Part shown: in pieces, positions 13,721-24,691 of the stretch
Position numbering within the stretch: position 1 is the first letter of the stretch
How the letters are laid out: every line of letters begins with the position of its first letter
Origin: Rhodosorus marinus CCMP1338
Lineage: Eukaryota > Plantae > Rhodophyta
Length of the DNA: 64,000 nt
NCBI GenBank assembly: GCA_029953675.1
Contig: JAMWBK010000004.1
Coordinates: forward strand, 1,550,001-1,614,000
Direction: 5' to 3'
Position numbers and translations under genes: made by a program
Notes under the pieces: generated by a model
The model's database searches: none
Seen by the model: the letters and a program-made list of their open reading frames with translations, nothing else
What the model was told of the DNA's origin: nothing

Positions 13721-14180
13721 TTGCAGCGAATCCGAAATGGGAGTAGAGAAGGTAGCATCGACCGCTGACCATGCATGCTTTTCCAGTGCTGGTTTATAGG
13801 CAGAATGAAATAGCGATCAGAGTGTCGATGTCGTTATGCGAATCCATACGTAATCTAAATTCGCAGGACAGCTGGCGATGAGCCTCTCATTCGAGCGGCG
13901 GGCTTCATGCTCGCACGGGTTGTTCCAAGATTCAATAGACGCTTTTATTTGCACTGCCTCAGAATCTCACAATGAATCAACAGATTTTGCAGCGAATCCG
14001 AAATGGAAGTAGACAAGGTAGCAATCGGCCACTGACCATTCATGCTTTTCTAGTGCTCTTTTGCGTAGAGAACGAAGTAGCGATCGGAGTGCCGATATCT
14101 TGGTCTCGACTCCATACGTAATCCAAATTCGCCGGACATCTGGGGGTACTCCCATTCGAGCGGCGGGCTCTATGCTTGCA
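13721..14180. repeat. Diverged tandem duplication of about 195 bp (13721-13915 and 13987-14180)
   Basis: Collinear shared blocks TTGCAGCGAATCCGAAATGG, CATGCTTTTC, TCCATACGTAATC and CATTCGAGCGGCGGGCT. Confidence 0.9.
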
Positions 14181-16006
14181 ATGGATGTGCAAGAGACCAT
14201 CAAAAAGGTCCAGAACAAGTGCAAAGCAAGCACTATTCCCACGCGTGCGCCACTTCCACCACAAAACTGTCAACTAATTCCAAACAAATTGCGGACAAAT
14301 CTCATCCACTCAAGGGGAGATGTACAACGGATAGCACGACTATCCCCAGGGTGGGTTTCGTGCAAGGGGCGCACAAACATGCAGTTTTCATGGGGAAGGC
14401 ATCACATCAACAATCTAGTGATCGTGATTACTTGGAGAGGACGAGTCCTCCGAACAGCCTTGTTCGCAGAACCTAAATTTTCCGAACCAACAATCTCAAG
14501 AATCATGCATGGAAAGAGTCGACGGCGGATTCAAGTTCCCCTTAGTGCCTCAAAAACGGTGGTAATCTAATTTTATTTCCAAAATCAACGGATGAATTCG
14601 AGATATTGAATTTTTGTAATAAACTGTAATCCTCTAGAAAGTTGAAGAAGAAATTCAAATTTGTTTTTGCTTTTCTCTGCACTATCATATCGATGCATAC
14701 GTGGGAGGGGCCTGTGAAAGGCAGCACAGGGGGTCGGGCTTCTGATTGAGGGTTTTTGGAAACTTTATAAGGGGGGATATGATTCTTACGATAGGTCCTA
14801 AATTTTGATTTATTCTATTTAATTTCTTTGTGTCCTTAGCAACCCCTCTTTACCGTCGTCACTATCTTTTTTACGTTTACTACCACGGGGTGCATAACCT
14901 GATTGGAAGGAGCGCACGCCGTTTGTTGGCTTGGGGGATCACTTGATCGCAGTCTCGGCTCGTTTTGCAACACCTTTTCCGCGTGCAGGGCTAATGGTAA
15001 TCAAAAAGAAATCATGGAGATTCCGTTGCGCTCCATGCGGCATTGAAACGAAAGGACAGCACACCGCAGATATGTCCGGTCTCTACTCCTTTGGACGCAC
15101 CCCTACTGAACTGAGGAGATGAAAAAAAGGGAGGTGCTGTCATCATGCTCGGTAATCCACACTCCTCGCTCTTCTAAGTTGATATCGGCCTGGCGGGTAC
15201 CCGGGACGTAGCTAGACCTTTTGTAATGAGATACCAAAATTCAAGTAAACTGGCCGCCGTGACTTCGCCAGGATCTAATCACCATTATAGAAATATATCT
15301 TGGCATTTGTAGGTCGAGTGCTGGCATAGACCAACCCTGAATTGTCGTACCTTTTGGACACCTTCGCTCGTACAGCAAAAACGTTGACGCCTCAGCTGAC
15401 GGTTCTCTGCACCGTTAGCCCTTGTTGCACAGCGAGGGACTGTAAAATACTTGCGAGCTGTGCGAAATAGCGCCAGAATTGTTCAATCCAGATTTAGAAG
15501 CGCAAGCAGTTTGGGTGACTCATACCCATTTCGCGTATGCCCATGATTGATGAAGTGGCAAGACTTCAGAGCTTTTGTCAGGAGCGGAGCGGAACACTGT
15601 ATGATCCCGAGCTATCAATAATCCGTCCGACGTCAGCGGATTGGGTGAGAAAGCCTTCAATTTGGAAAAACCTAGTTCGCATCCGGAGTCGAATTTAACA
15701 ATCTCAGTCATTCTCGCAAATGGAGAAAGATCTCCATGCTGCAGGGGGTTCAAACGAGCCTTTAGACGGTTCCTGGATGGTCGAGAAATTTTGCACTGTT
15801 CCAAGCGTGCTATCCCCTATCTCGCTTCCAATCGGACTGACTTTAAAATCCTGCCTTCAAGATCGCAGAGTATACCAACCACCACTACCACCACAACCAC
15901 GGTATAAAGAGCTTAGCATCTCCACAAGTCGAGGTGGGGCTCTTGTCTGCGCTACCCCTACTTGTGGGCCTTACATATGAGTGCCATCGGCAGCAGCTAC
16001 GCCACA

Positions 16007-17293
16007 ATGACGGGGAAGATCTTGATTTCTGTATTTGCATGCTTGTTTCTGATTATTCAGACAGCCGCGTTCCCAACGCAGCACCGACAGCATTATGCCG
16101 ATCATCAAGAAGGAGAAGGGATTGCGCTTAGGCTGAACAACTCAACAATCGAACGCATGCCTCCCAGGAACGAAACTGGAGGAGGTCACTGGAGACGCCC
16201 AGGGCACAATATCACTACCGACGGCATGCCTCCCAGGAATGAAACTGGAGGAGGTCACTGGAGACGCCCAGGACACAATAGCACTCCCGACGGCATGCCT
16301 CCCAGGAATGAAACTGGAGGAGGTCACTGGAGACGCCCAGGATACAATAGCACTACCGACGGCATGCCTCCCAGGAATGAAACTGGAGGAGGTCACTGGA
16401 GACGCCCAGGACACAATAGCACTACCGACGGCATGCCTCCCAGGAATGAAACTGGAGGAGGTCACTGGAGACGCCCAGGACACAATAGCACTACCGACGG
16501 CATGCCTCCCAGGAATGAAACTGGAGGAGGTCACTGGAGACGCCCAGGATGCAATAGCACTACCGACGGCGTGCCTCCCAGGAATGAAACTGGAGGAGGT
16601 CACTGGAGACGCCCAGGACACAATAGCACTACCGACGGCGTGCCACTCAGGAATGAAACTGGAGGAGGTCACTGGAGACGCCCAGGATGCAATAGCACTA
16701 CCGACGGCGTGCCTCCCAGGAATGAAACTGGAGGAGGTCACTGGAGACGCCCAGGATACAATAGCACTAGCGACGGCATGCCTCCCAGGAATGAAACTGG
16801 AGGAGGTCACTGGAGACGCCCAGGACACAATAGCACTACCGACGGCATGCCTCCCAGGAATGAAACTGGAGGAGGTCACTGGAGACGCCCAGGACACAAT
16901 AGCACTACCGACGGCGTGCCTCCCAGGAATGAAACTGGAGGAGGTCACTGGAGACGCCCAGGATGCAATAGCACTACCGACGGCGTGCCTCCCAGGAATG
17001 AAACTGGAGGAGGTCACTGGAGACGCCCAGGAGACAATAGCACTACCGACGGCATGCCTCCCAGGAATGAAACTGGAGGAGGTCACTGGAGACGCCCAGG
17101 AGACAATAGCACTACCAACGGCATGCACCCTCGAAACGAAACTGACAGATATCCCAGAGGACCAGAGGGTAGGCGGCCCCCATATGCCCCAGGTGCATGG
17201 CGAAGACAAATCTGTGGTGAGATCATATCCCACTCCCCGAGCCTGTGCGAGATCGCGATTGTTAGCAGATTCTGCCCAGCTGAATGCGCTTAA
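16007..17293 (+). CDS. Secreted tandem-repeat glycoprotein (signal peptide plus 14 x 23-aa repeats)
   Basis: ATG at 16007 (gccacaATG) starts MTGKILISVFACLFLIIQTAA-FP, a typical signal peptide; open frame to 17293. The C-terminus may be altered by a short intron near 17217. Confidence 0.8.
   Translation: MTGKILISVFACLFLIIQTAAFPTQHRQHYADHQEGEGIALRLNNSTIERMPPRNETGGGHWRRPGHNITTDGMPPRNETGGGHWRRPGHNSTPDGMPPRNETGGGHWRRPGYNSTTDGMPPRNETGGGHWRRPGHNSTTDGMPPRNETGGGHWRRPGHNSTTDGMPPRNETGGGHWRRPGCNSTTDGVPPRNETGGGHWRRPGHNSTTDGVPLRNETGGGHWRRPGCNSTTDGVPPRNETGGGHWRRPGYNSTSDGMPPRNETGGGHWRRPGHNSTTDGMPPRNETGGGHWRRPGHNSTTDGVPPRNETGGGHWRRPGCNSTTDGVPPRNETGGGHWRRPGDNSTTDGMPPRNETGGGHWRRPGDNSTTNGMHPRNETDRYPRGPEGRRPPYAPGAWRRQICGEIISHSPSLCEIAIVSRFCPAECA
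16151..17143 (+). repeat. Coding minisatellite: 14 full 69-bp units plus a partial unit
   Basis: Unit encodes DG(M/V)PPRNETGGGHWRRPG(H/Y/C/D)NSTT; 16151 + 14 x 69 = 17117, where the partial unit starts. Confidence 0.98.
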
Positions 17294-17350
17294 GACACAA
17301 CTCAGAAGATGATATCGAAGAGAACCTGAAGTGGGTCACCTAGCAAACTG

Positions 17351-17440
17351 GTGCCTCCCAGGAATGAAACTGGAGGAGGTCTCTGGAGACGCCCAGGATA
17401 CGATAGCACTACCAAAGGCATGCCCCCTCGAAACGAAACT
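17351..17440 (+). repeat. Detached copy of the 69-bp unit plus the array's terminal partial unit
   Basis: GTGCCTCCCAGGAATGAAACTGGAGGAGGT...ACTACC followed by the same end variant CCTCGAAACGAAACTGA that closes the main array. Confidence 0.9.
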
Positions 17441-18051
17441 GAAACGAAAAACTTCAAGGAGTTGATATTCAATAGTGAAGAGTACGCACCAGAGACGGGT
17501 GAAAAGAAAAACTCAACAAATTATAATAAACGAACTTTCGTTCTCTTAGTTTCCTTCACAACCACCGGATCCTTCTTTCAGAGTACCTCCCAAACCCGCC
17601 AACCCCCCCTCCCCCGACATTGAAAAAAACCAACAGTTTTCGCTGCTTTTCAAGACCAGGGTTCCACGTCCATAGCTGACAGCACGACTCACCCCAGATT
17701 TCTTAGGTTCAAGAACATGTCTTACAGCTGACGCGCAGTTTTCATCTTTTTCCTTTGTTTCTTGATGGTCAAATGATTGATGCTTAAGACGGCCGATGAT
17801 ACTTTTGAAAGCGATTTAGAGCGGCATTTTAAGATGTTTTCAGGAATCGGTGCCTGGGGAGGGAAGGAGAAGTATCTTCGAGGGTACATGATAAGAGAAT
17901 AGAAGGAGGTAGGCTCCTAGTGTTTGTGGTTAATGGTCACGTGGATTGCCACTGTTTTGTTGGCCCGCTTAGGTTCCTGAAGGACGTGATCTAAGTTTTT
18001 GAGATTTGGACACTGCGCGTCCGCTCGGACGCGCATGCACTTTCCTTCAAA

Positions 18052-21000
18052 ATGGTTGGAACCAGGAGAGGATCAGATGGCTCGAATGGGCATGCTTTTT
18101 TCAACGAAATGATGGTGCTGTTTAATCGAATCTCCGACCAACTCTGAAATACTCACAAGCACAATGCGTGCCTGTCTTCTAGGAGAAGTTCAAGGACAGT
18201 AAATTGAACATTGAGAAGACTACTGCAGTTCTAGAAGAGGTGAAGGTGAGCCGCGGAGACCTCAACGATAGAGCATCTACACGCACGAAAACTCTAATGC
18301 TGTTCTCCGATATCCCGACGCTTCATGAAGAACCGCGCTTCTTCGCTATCGGCAGATCACAGGATTGATTTCGTCAAACGCTGTAAGGTGCAGCTTATGG
18401 ATGTGGCGAAGACTAGCAGATGGGACATCGCAGACGAATTGTTAAAATTCCTGCGAGCATCTCTTGAACCGGATGAAACGTGGCCTGGTACGCGACAACT
18501 TCATGTTGTTTTGGTGCCCGACGGAGACACATCAAAGTTTTTCATTCTAAATACCACGTCTTCTCCAACTTGTCCGATGTGGCAGTAACCGCTGTAGAGG
18601 AAGACCTCTACTCGCTCTACTGCGAAGTTTTATCGCCTGGGAGAAAAAAGCAGGGGAAAGTAGTGCTAAGGCTTTCCGATGCAGTCCTTTCGAATGCCAA
18701 ATGGATGAGTACAATCGCACAGTTGTTAGACCTCTGCATTGACGCAGTCACAACGACTCCATCGGAACAGAGCTTTCGACCATTTGTGAAGGTCACAGCT
18801 GCTCTGCTACTCACTCGGAAGGACAATGAGTCTCATTTCAGGGGAAAATATGAATTAGCGAACAGCTATTGCAAGGTGATAAGATCAGCGGCGTTTTTGT
18901 TCTTTGTACTTCTGGAGGGAAACCGTAGCAATGTGGCAACCGCCCTTAGTCTATTTCACAAGCAAGTTTATTGCGAGCAAATCTGGTCTCAGATCAAGCA
19001 AGCGACTGAGATTAGTATTCAGCTGTCACTTTCTGCGGCTACCAAAATTCTTTGCGAGGATGAATCTGATTCGGGGAAGAACTTTCGAGAGTCGTTCACA
19101 CGCAACTTCTCTACGGCAGAGTCGAAAGCGTTCTTTTCAATGTCCAAAGATAGAGAAGAATCAATCCGGGAATTCGTCTCGAAGATAAACTCGAAGCTTG
19201 ATGCGCAGACTCGCTGTTTCACGACGAACTGCAGGATTACGCCCGACGGGGGGCAATCCTTCGAGGCCCAAGTGGACTGGAATATTAGAGCCCTGTCAAT
19301 TCGAAAACCGAGTATGGATCCTATACGAGTATACTATAGCAGCCTTCGCGATGCGGTGAATTTTGATGACAGGGGCTTCAAGGCCATTTTTATAAAAACT
19401 GCACCAGAGCTGTGCACTGACGAGCTCGAGTTCTCCTTCTCGGACCCAGATGAATACCAAGTAGGTTTTATAGGGAAACTTCTCATCTCCCAGGCTCTTC
19501 GTTATTCTCAAGAGCTGTGACTTTACATGCAGACAGTGAAACAGGCGATTGAAAACCGAACTACAAGTGCGTGTTCTGGGCAGGTGCTGCGAAAGGCTTC
19601 CAGGGCATTCCTACTTTCACATTCCGCTCGCCAACCGGAGGTGCGTTTTACGTTTTCTAAGGAGCACGCGAAAGTGTTCTGATCCGTTTTTCCTCTGCGC
19701 GTAGCAAGCAATAGCGGAAAAAAAGAAAGTCGTCAGTCCCGCCCAAGAACGTGCTTGTGCGCAGAACGGTGAGCATGAATATGGGTCGATGCCCCAAAGA
19801 ATTTCACATATGGGCTTTCTTGGCTGAACGGCGAAGAAAGCAAGAACGATCAGGTTCTCCAGAAGCAGGGGAAAAATTCATGCAGGGTAGAACAGAGTCC
19901 GAAATACCTCACGCGCTCGTGGAACAAAAACGTCTGCAAAGTTCCAGTCCTGCAAAGGCGAGCCATGAGAATATTACTGCTGATGATGCCTATGGAGCTA
20001 AGAACGCGGAAGATGAGCTACCGTCTGAGAACCGGAAGGCTACAGTCCCTGCTCGAAAGAACCCACGACGACAGTCTCGCAAGGAAAAAAATTACAAAGA
20101 AGCCGACCTGACAAGCTTGGACGACGTTGACAGACCAAAAAAAGAGGAACGTAAGTGAAACTTGAACCAGGATACAGCCTAGCCCACGTGGGCACCACTA
20201 GTACGAGTGTACTTTGACGTCGAACATTTTTTTGACACGCACTTCGTAGGCTCCGGTTCAAGTCACGGGCAGCCTAAGGGGGCTCCGGAACCTCCAATGG
20301 AAAAGGCAACTAGAACCAAAACTAAGCTAGTAGAACGTGCTAGCAAAAGAACCCCGGATTCACTGGCTAAGGGCGACCTTTCAGCCCAGGTCAAGCACCA
20401 AAGTGCTCCGACTCGAAAGAAGATGGGGTCTGAGGATGTCTCAAAGAAGCAAAGAACGAATACCGAGAAGCTGCACTCAGGCATGGAGCTTGAGCCCCTT
20501 CAAAGGCTTCTTAAGAGCAGAATCTCTGGCATCCGTGAGGAGAAGATCATACTACCTCATCAAGAGCTTGAACTTGAACGTTCAGAGAAACAAAGGATTG
20601 AAGGCGTCCACCCCTCCCATGATTTCATGGATATTAAGGGAAACTCTGAGGACTCAGAAGCGTCATCAGCTGAACCTGTGATCAACCGAGTCCAACGGAT
20701 TCTCGAAAATGTCAGTGATAAAGATGTGCAAACTCCTGCAGGAGCTGAGTCACTGTCCGAGGAGTCTATCTACCTCAAGAGTTACAAGTCTGGAGAATCT
20801 GGGTCTTCCAACGACGGACTTTGCGCTGAATACACTACCCACTCTTTGCTAGACTTGGACAGAGACTTGTCGAGCGTTGATTACTCGGAAGACTCAGACT
20901 CTAGTGTTCACAGTCCTGCGCAGCATCGGAACCTGTACTCAACGGGATATCTTGTCAATACGGCTTTAAAGGTAGTGGAGCTTTCAACGTATCTATCTGG

Positions 21001-21677
21001 ATGGATACGAACAACTAACTCTTGCTACCGTGCTGGCTTCTCACATTTTAACCAATCGTCAGCTACAAAAATCTCTGGTTAAAAAGCTGTCCGCCAAACA
21101 GGCGAAAAGTAAGTACCCGACTCTTTTATATTGTATTTTCAGTGCCTAAACTACAAACGTTGCCGCGGTTGACAGGGAAGGCCGCTCTCAAGAAGTCCAG
21201 CCATCAATACGCAAGGGGCGTTATTGCCGCGGCTCGAGCATCAGTAAGAAGAGCAGTACAAGAGCACTCCAAGAAACTTGCGGTGCTTGAAAAGCAGCTA
21301 AATGGCATTCAGTCGCATGAGGTCTGTTTTCTTGAGTCTTTCTACACAGTACAGAGAAAGAGTTTCATTTCTTGACACCTTCGTACTAATGTATAGGTGT
21401 TCTCATCCGAGTTGCCATCCAAGGCCCAGGCACTCATGGACAACCTTTCTCGAGCTGCGGATGCAAGTAGCTTGAGGTACAATTAAGCTCCATCTGCCAA
21501 CACGTCTCTAGTTTTCTTAGTGGTGTCCGCGTGGAAACTAGGAAAAAAATGAACGCGATTCTCCTAGAGCTTGAGAAAGGGTGTGCGCAAGACATAAAGG
21601 CGATGACGTTATCCAAGAGGAATCGCTCTGAAGATATTCTCAGGCAGATGTCCGCACTAATTTCAAAGGCGAAGTGA
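18052..21677 (+). CDS. Large multi-exon (about 10 or more exons) hypothetical protein: helical N-terminus, beta-rich domain, long Ser/Glu/Lys-rich disordered region, C-terminal coiled coil
   Basis: ORFs 18325-18588, 18480-19520, 19751-20158, 20207-21082 and 21142-21375, plus exons at about 21397-21477 and 21521-21677, can be joined with phase-compatible GT-AG introns. Start codon tentative. Confidence 0.65.
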
Positions 21678-22717
21678 AAGAAACCGACGCTAATACGACA
21701 CTGGAGCATCCTTCGTGTCGCGCCCTCACTGCATCTAAACAATCAAGTCAGGATTATCTTACACAAGCAATAAACCACCTCTGCCATTGAAAGCTACAAG
21801 CAAATTACCAAGTGGACACGAAGCACCACGCGAACGTCTTGCATCCTGCAAAGACCCAAATAAAACTGCAATCGTTTTTCCACAGTGGTTGCTTGGCTGC
21901 TGTCTAAACTAAAGCTAGAACGCCGCCACGCTGACGGCTAGCATTAGATGCCCTTGAGTCTGCAAGCACAACAGTAGTATTTGTTGACGAGATGATCATG
22001 TTCAACCGACAAGCATCGATTGCTTCAAAAAATAGTTTCCCCATTGGTAGTGACTAGCAACGCAATGGGAAGTTTCGCATGTAGCCGCAAGCACGAAGCG
22101 TTGAGCATCTTCCAACCTATCCACTCGTATAGTCCACCTTCCATCGTGTCTTCTACGAGGGCGCTCAACACTACTCGAACGGGAGGAGCTAAATATTTTG
22201 CTGCTGGAAATCATCCTCTATTCCCTCGCGTAACAGCGTTGCTCTTCTTGAACAGCTCATTCAAATGGCTAGGTATTCTACGTATCATCGCTTTCAAATG
22301 ACCTATCCCCGTCTTGTCGGGTCCAAGAGCAGTACGTACGTCACAAGCAAGCGTGCCAGTTCCCAAGGGCTCTACATTCTGTTCCCCCCTCGAAATCAAG
22401 CAGTAGACCTCCCTCCGTGACATTTGAAAGTCAAAAACTTTTTGAACAAACCTTCATAAAATTAAATTATTTCTTATTCCCCAAGCCAAAGGAAAACACG
22501 TCGTTCAAACAACTGACCCTACCATTGGAGGAAAACGGATCCGTTCCAATCATTTTAAATGTTTCTACAACTTTATTGGCAAAACACTTGTTTTCCTTTG
22601 GTCTATTGGATAGAATTGTCAAAATGTTTTCTAAAACTAATTTAGATACGCTTTGCATGTTGGCTCTTTGTAAGCATATTTTCAACCCCTTTTCTTTTCA
22701 AGGCCAAACAGAGGCAC

Positions 22718-23430
22718 AGTTTCCCATCCAGAAACCGCACGCCACGAAATTCAGGGACCACGTTCAAACCCTTCTCATATTATAAAAGAAAAATACTGCC
22801 CTAAAACTTCTAAAATATTATAAATATCCTGAAGGTGGAACAATTTCTCATTGTTAGGGTGTACTCTAAAACTATGCAATTAATTTTCCATGTATAAAAA
22901 ACTCATCATCGTGTCATCGCTGGAAACCTTAGGACAGCCTGTCACTTTTCAACTGAATTCTGCTGGCTCGTTCAGAAAGAGCGTTGATTTTGATTGAGAA
23001 AAGGACGCGTGGCATTACACCATATGGAAAAGTAATATAACGCCCAAATTTATATATTTTCTGCCCCGCTTTCTTTTCTTGACGAGAGAGAGTTTCCCAT
23101 CCAGAAACCGCACGCCACCAAATCCACAGACCCACCCTCAAATCCTTCTCATATTACAAAAGAAAACATCTTGCTCCTAAAACTTCTAAAATATTGTAAA
23201 TTTCCTGGAGAGGGCACAGTTTCTCACTGCTACGGTACTTTTTAAAACTATACAATTAGTTTTCCATGCCAAAGAAAACTCTACCTCATCGTATCAGCTT
23301 AGGACAGCCTGTCACCTTCAATTGAATTCTGTTGGGCTCCTCCTGCAGGATCGACGATTTTGATGGAGAAAAGGACGCGTGGTATTTCACCATAAGCAAA
23401 AAGAATAAATAGATCAAAAGTATATATTAA
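22718..23430. repeat. Diverged non-coding tandem duplication of about 335 bp (22718-23056 and 23091-23430)
   Basis: Collinear blocks AGTTTCCCATCCAGAAACCGCACGCCAC, CCTAAAACTTCTAAAATATT, CTTAGGACAGCCTGTCAC and GAGAAAAGGACGCGTGG in both copies. Confidence 0.92.
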
Positions 23431-24691
23431 TTCAATATATATAATACAATAATTTTAATAGTTTAACCGCTACCCCGATTCTCGTCAGATTTCGTTGAAA
23501 AGTTTGTTTCGGGGTAGAAAATAGCACATTCTTGTAAGCCGGGAAAGGAAAAAGGCTATATTTTGGTAATTTAATTTGGGGGTTCATTCGGTCTTTTTGG
23601 AAGTTGACTTTTTTTAATTTGGTCTACTAAAGAGGAATTTTTAAATCATAATCGAGTGTTTTTCTTTCGCTTTTTTTTTTTGCAAGGGGGGAGGGGAAAG
23701 GGGGGAGAGGAGGTTGGAGTTTTCCGTCTAAATACCAAAGAAATGATGAAAGGAAACGCGTCAATCGTTTTAGGTGTTGTGGGTGTGTGTCCGCTGGGGA
23801 TTTTGAGATATGGTTTTGTTTTTTTTGTTTTTTTTGTGATGGGGAGAAAAAAGAAGGTGCAGGGAGTTGTTCGGGGATGGGCTTGAAAACTATACAGAAA
23901 GGGGGAAATTTTGCGGGAGAAGGTGTGTTTTGGGAGTCCTGGGGGTGGGTGGGTTAGAGGAGGTGGGGAGGAGGTTAGGGTTTAGTGTTTTTTTTGGGGG
24001 GGAGACGTGTAAGAAAGGAGAGATGTGGACGTGCAGGTGTTGATCCTTGGTGCGATCTCTTTGTTCTCTTCTTTTTGTCATGGTTGTTTTTTTCCTCTGA
24101 AGAAGCCGTGCTAAAGAACTAGAAACCACGTAGGAGAAAACGGGAAAGAGAGAGAAAAAGGGGGGGGGGGACTTGGTTTTTGCGCACGCGACGTTTTTGG
24201 TAGAGAGAGTGGGCGCATGTTGAAAGGGCTCTCAACGCCACGAGGAAGGTAGCCTGTGCTGGGGGGGGACTGGTATTTACGTAGGATTCGTTCGTAGGAA
24301 GTTGGAGTGGAGCGTGGGCGTGTTTCTTTAATTTCTTGGTTTTTAGGGGTAGTGGAAAAACGGAATTTTATTTGGCTTGGCAGGATGATCTGTCTGGTTC
24401 TGGTTTTTGCTCTACTTTGGCGTTTGTGTGTGAAGAAGTTACATACAAAAGTTCAGCACTGAAGGGTTTGGGGGTGTGGAGGTGTTTGACAGGTAGAGGT
24501 TGGGTGGGTAGCGTTGAAGGGGAAGTGCTGGGGAAAGGGGAGGAGTCTTTGTAAAGAGAGTCCCGTTGCTTTGTCCTGCCGGTCAGTGTCTGTGGTGTTC
24601 TCGTTTTTGTGGTATTTTTTGCTTGTGGGGTTTGACTTGGAGGGTAGGAGTGATCGAGATTAGGTATTCTTGAGTTGCGCGGACTGCAGTG

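Noticed and set aside
16142-17312. 363-aa antisense ORF and 357-aa alternative-frame ORF over the repeat array
   Set aside because: Expected by-products of a 69-bp (multiple of 3) unit lacking stops in those frames; only the 16007 frame has a signal peptide and non-repeat flanks that make sense.
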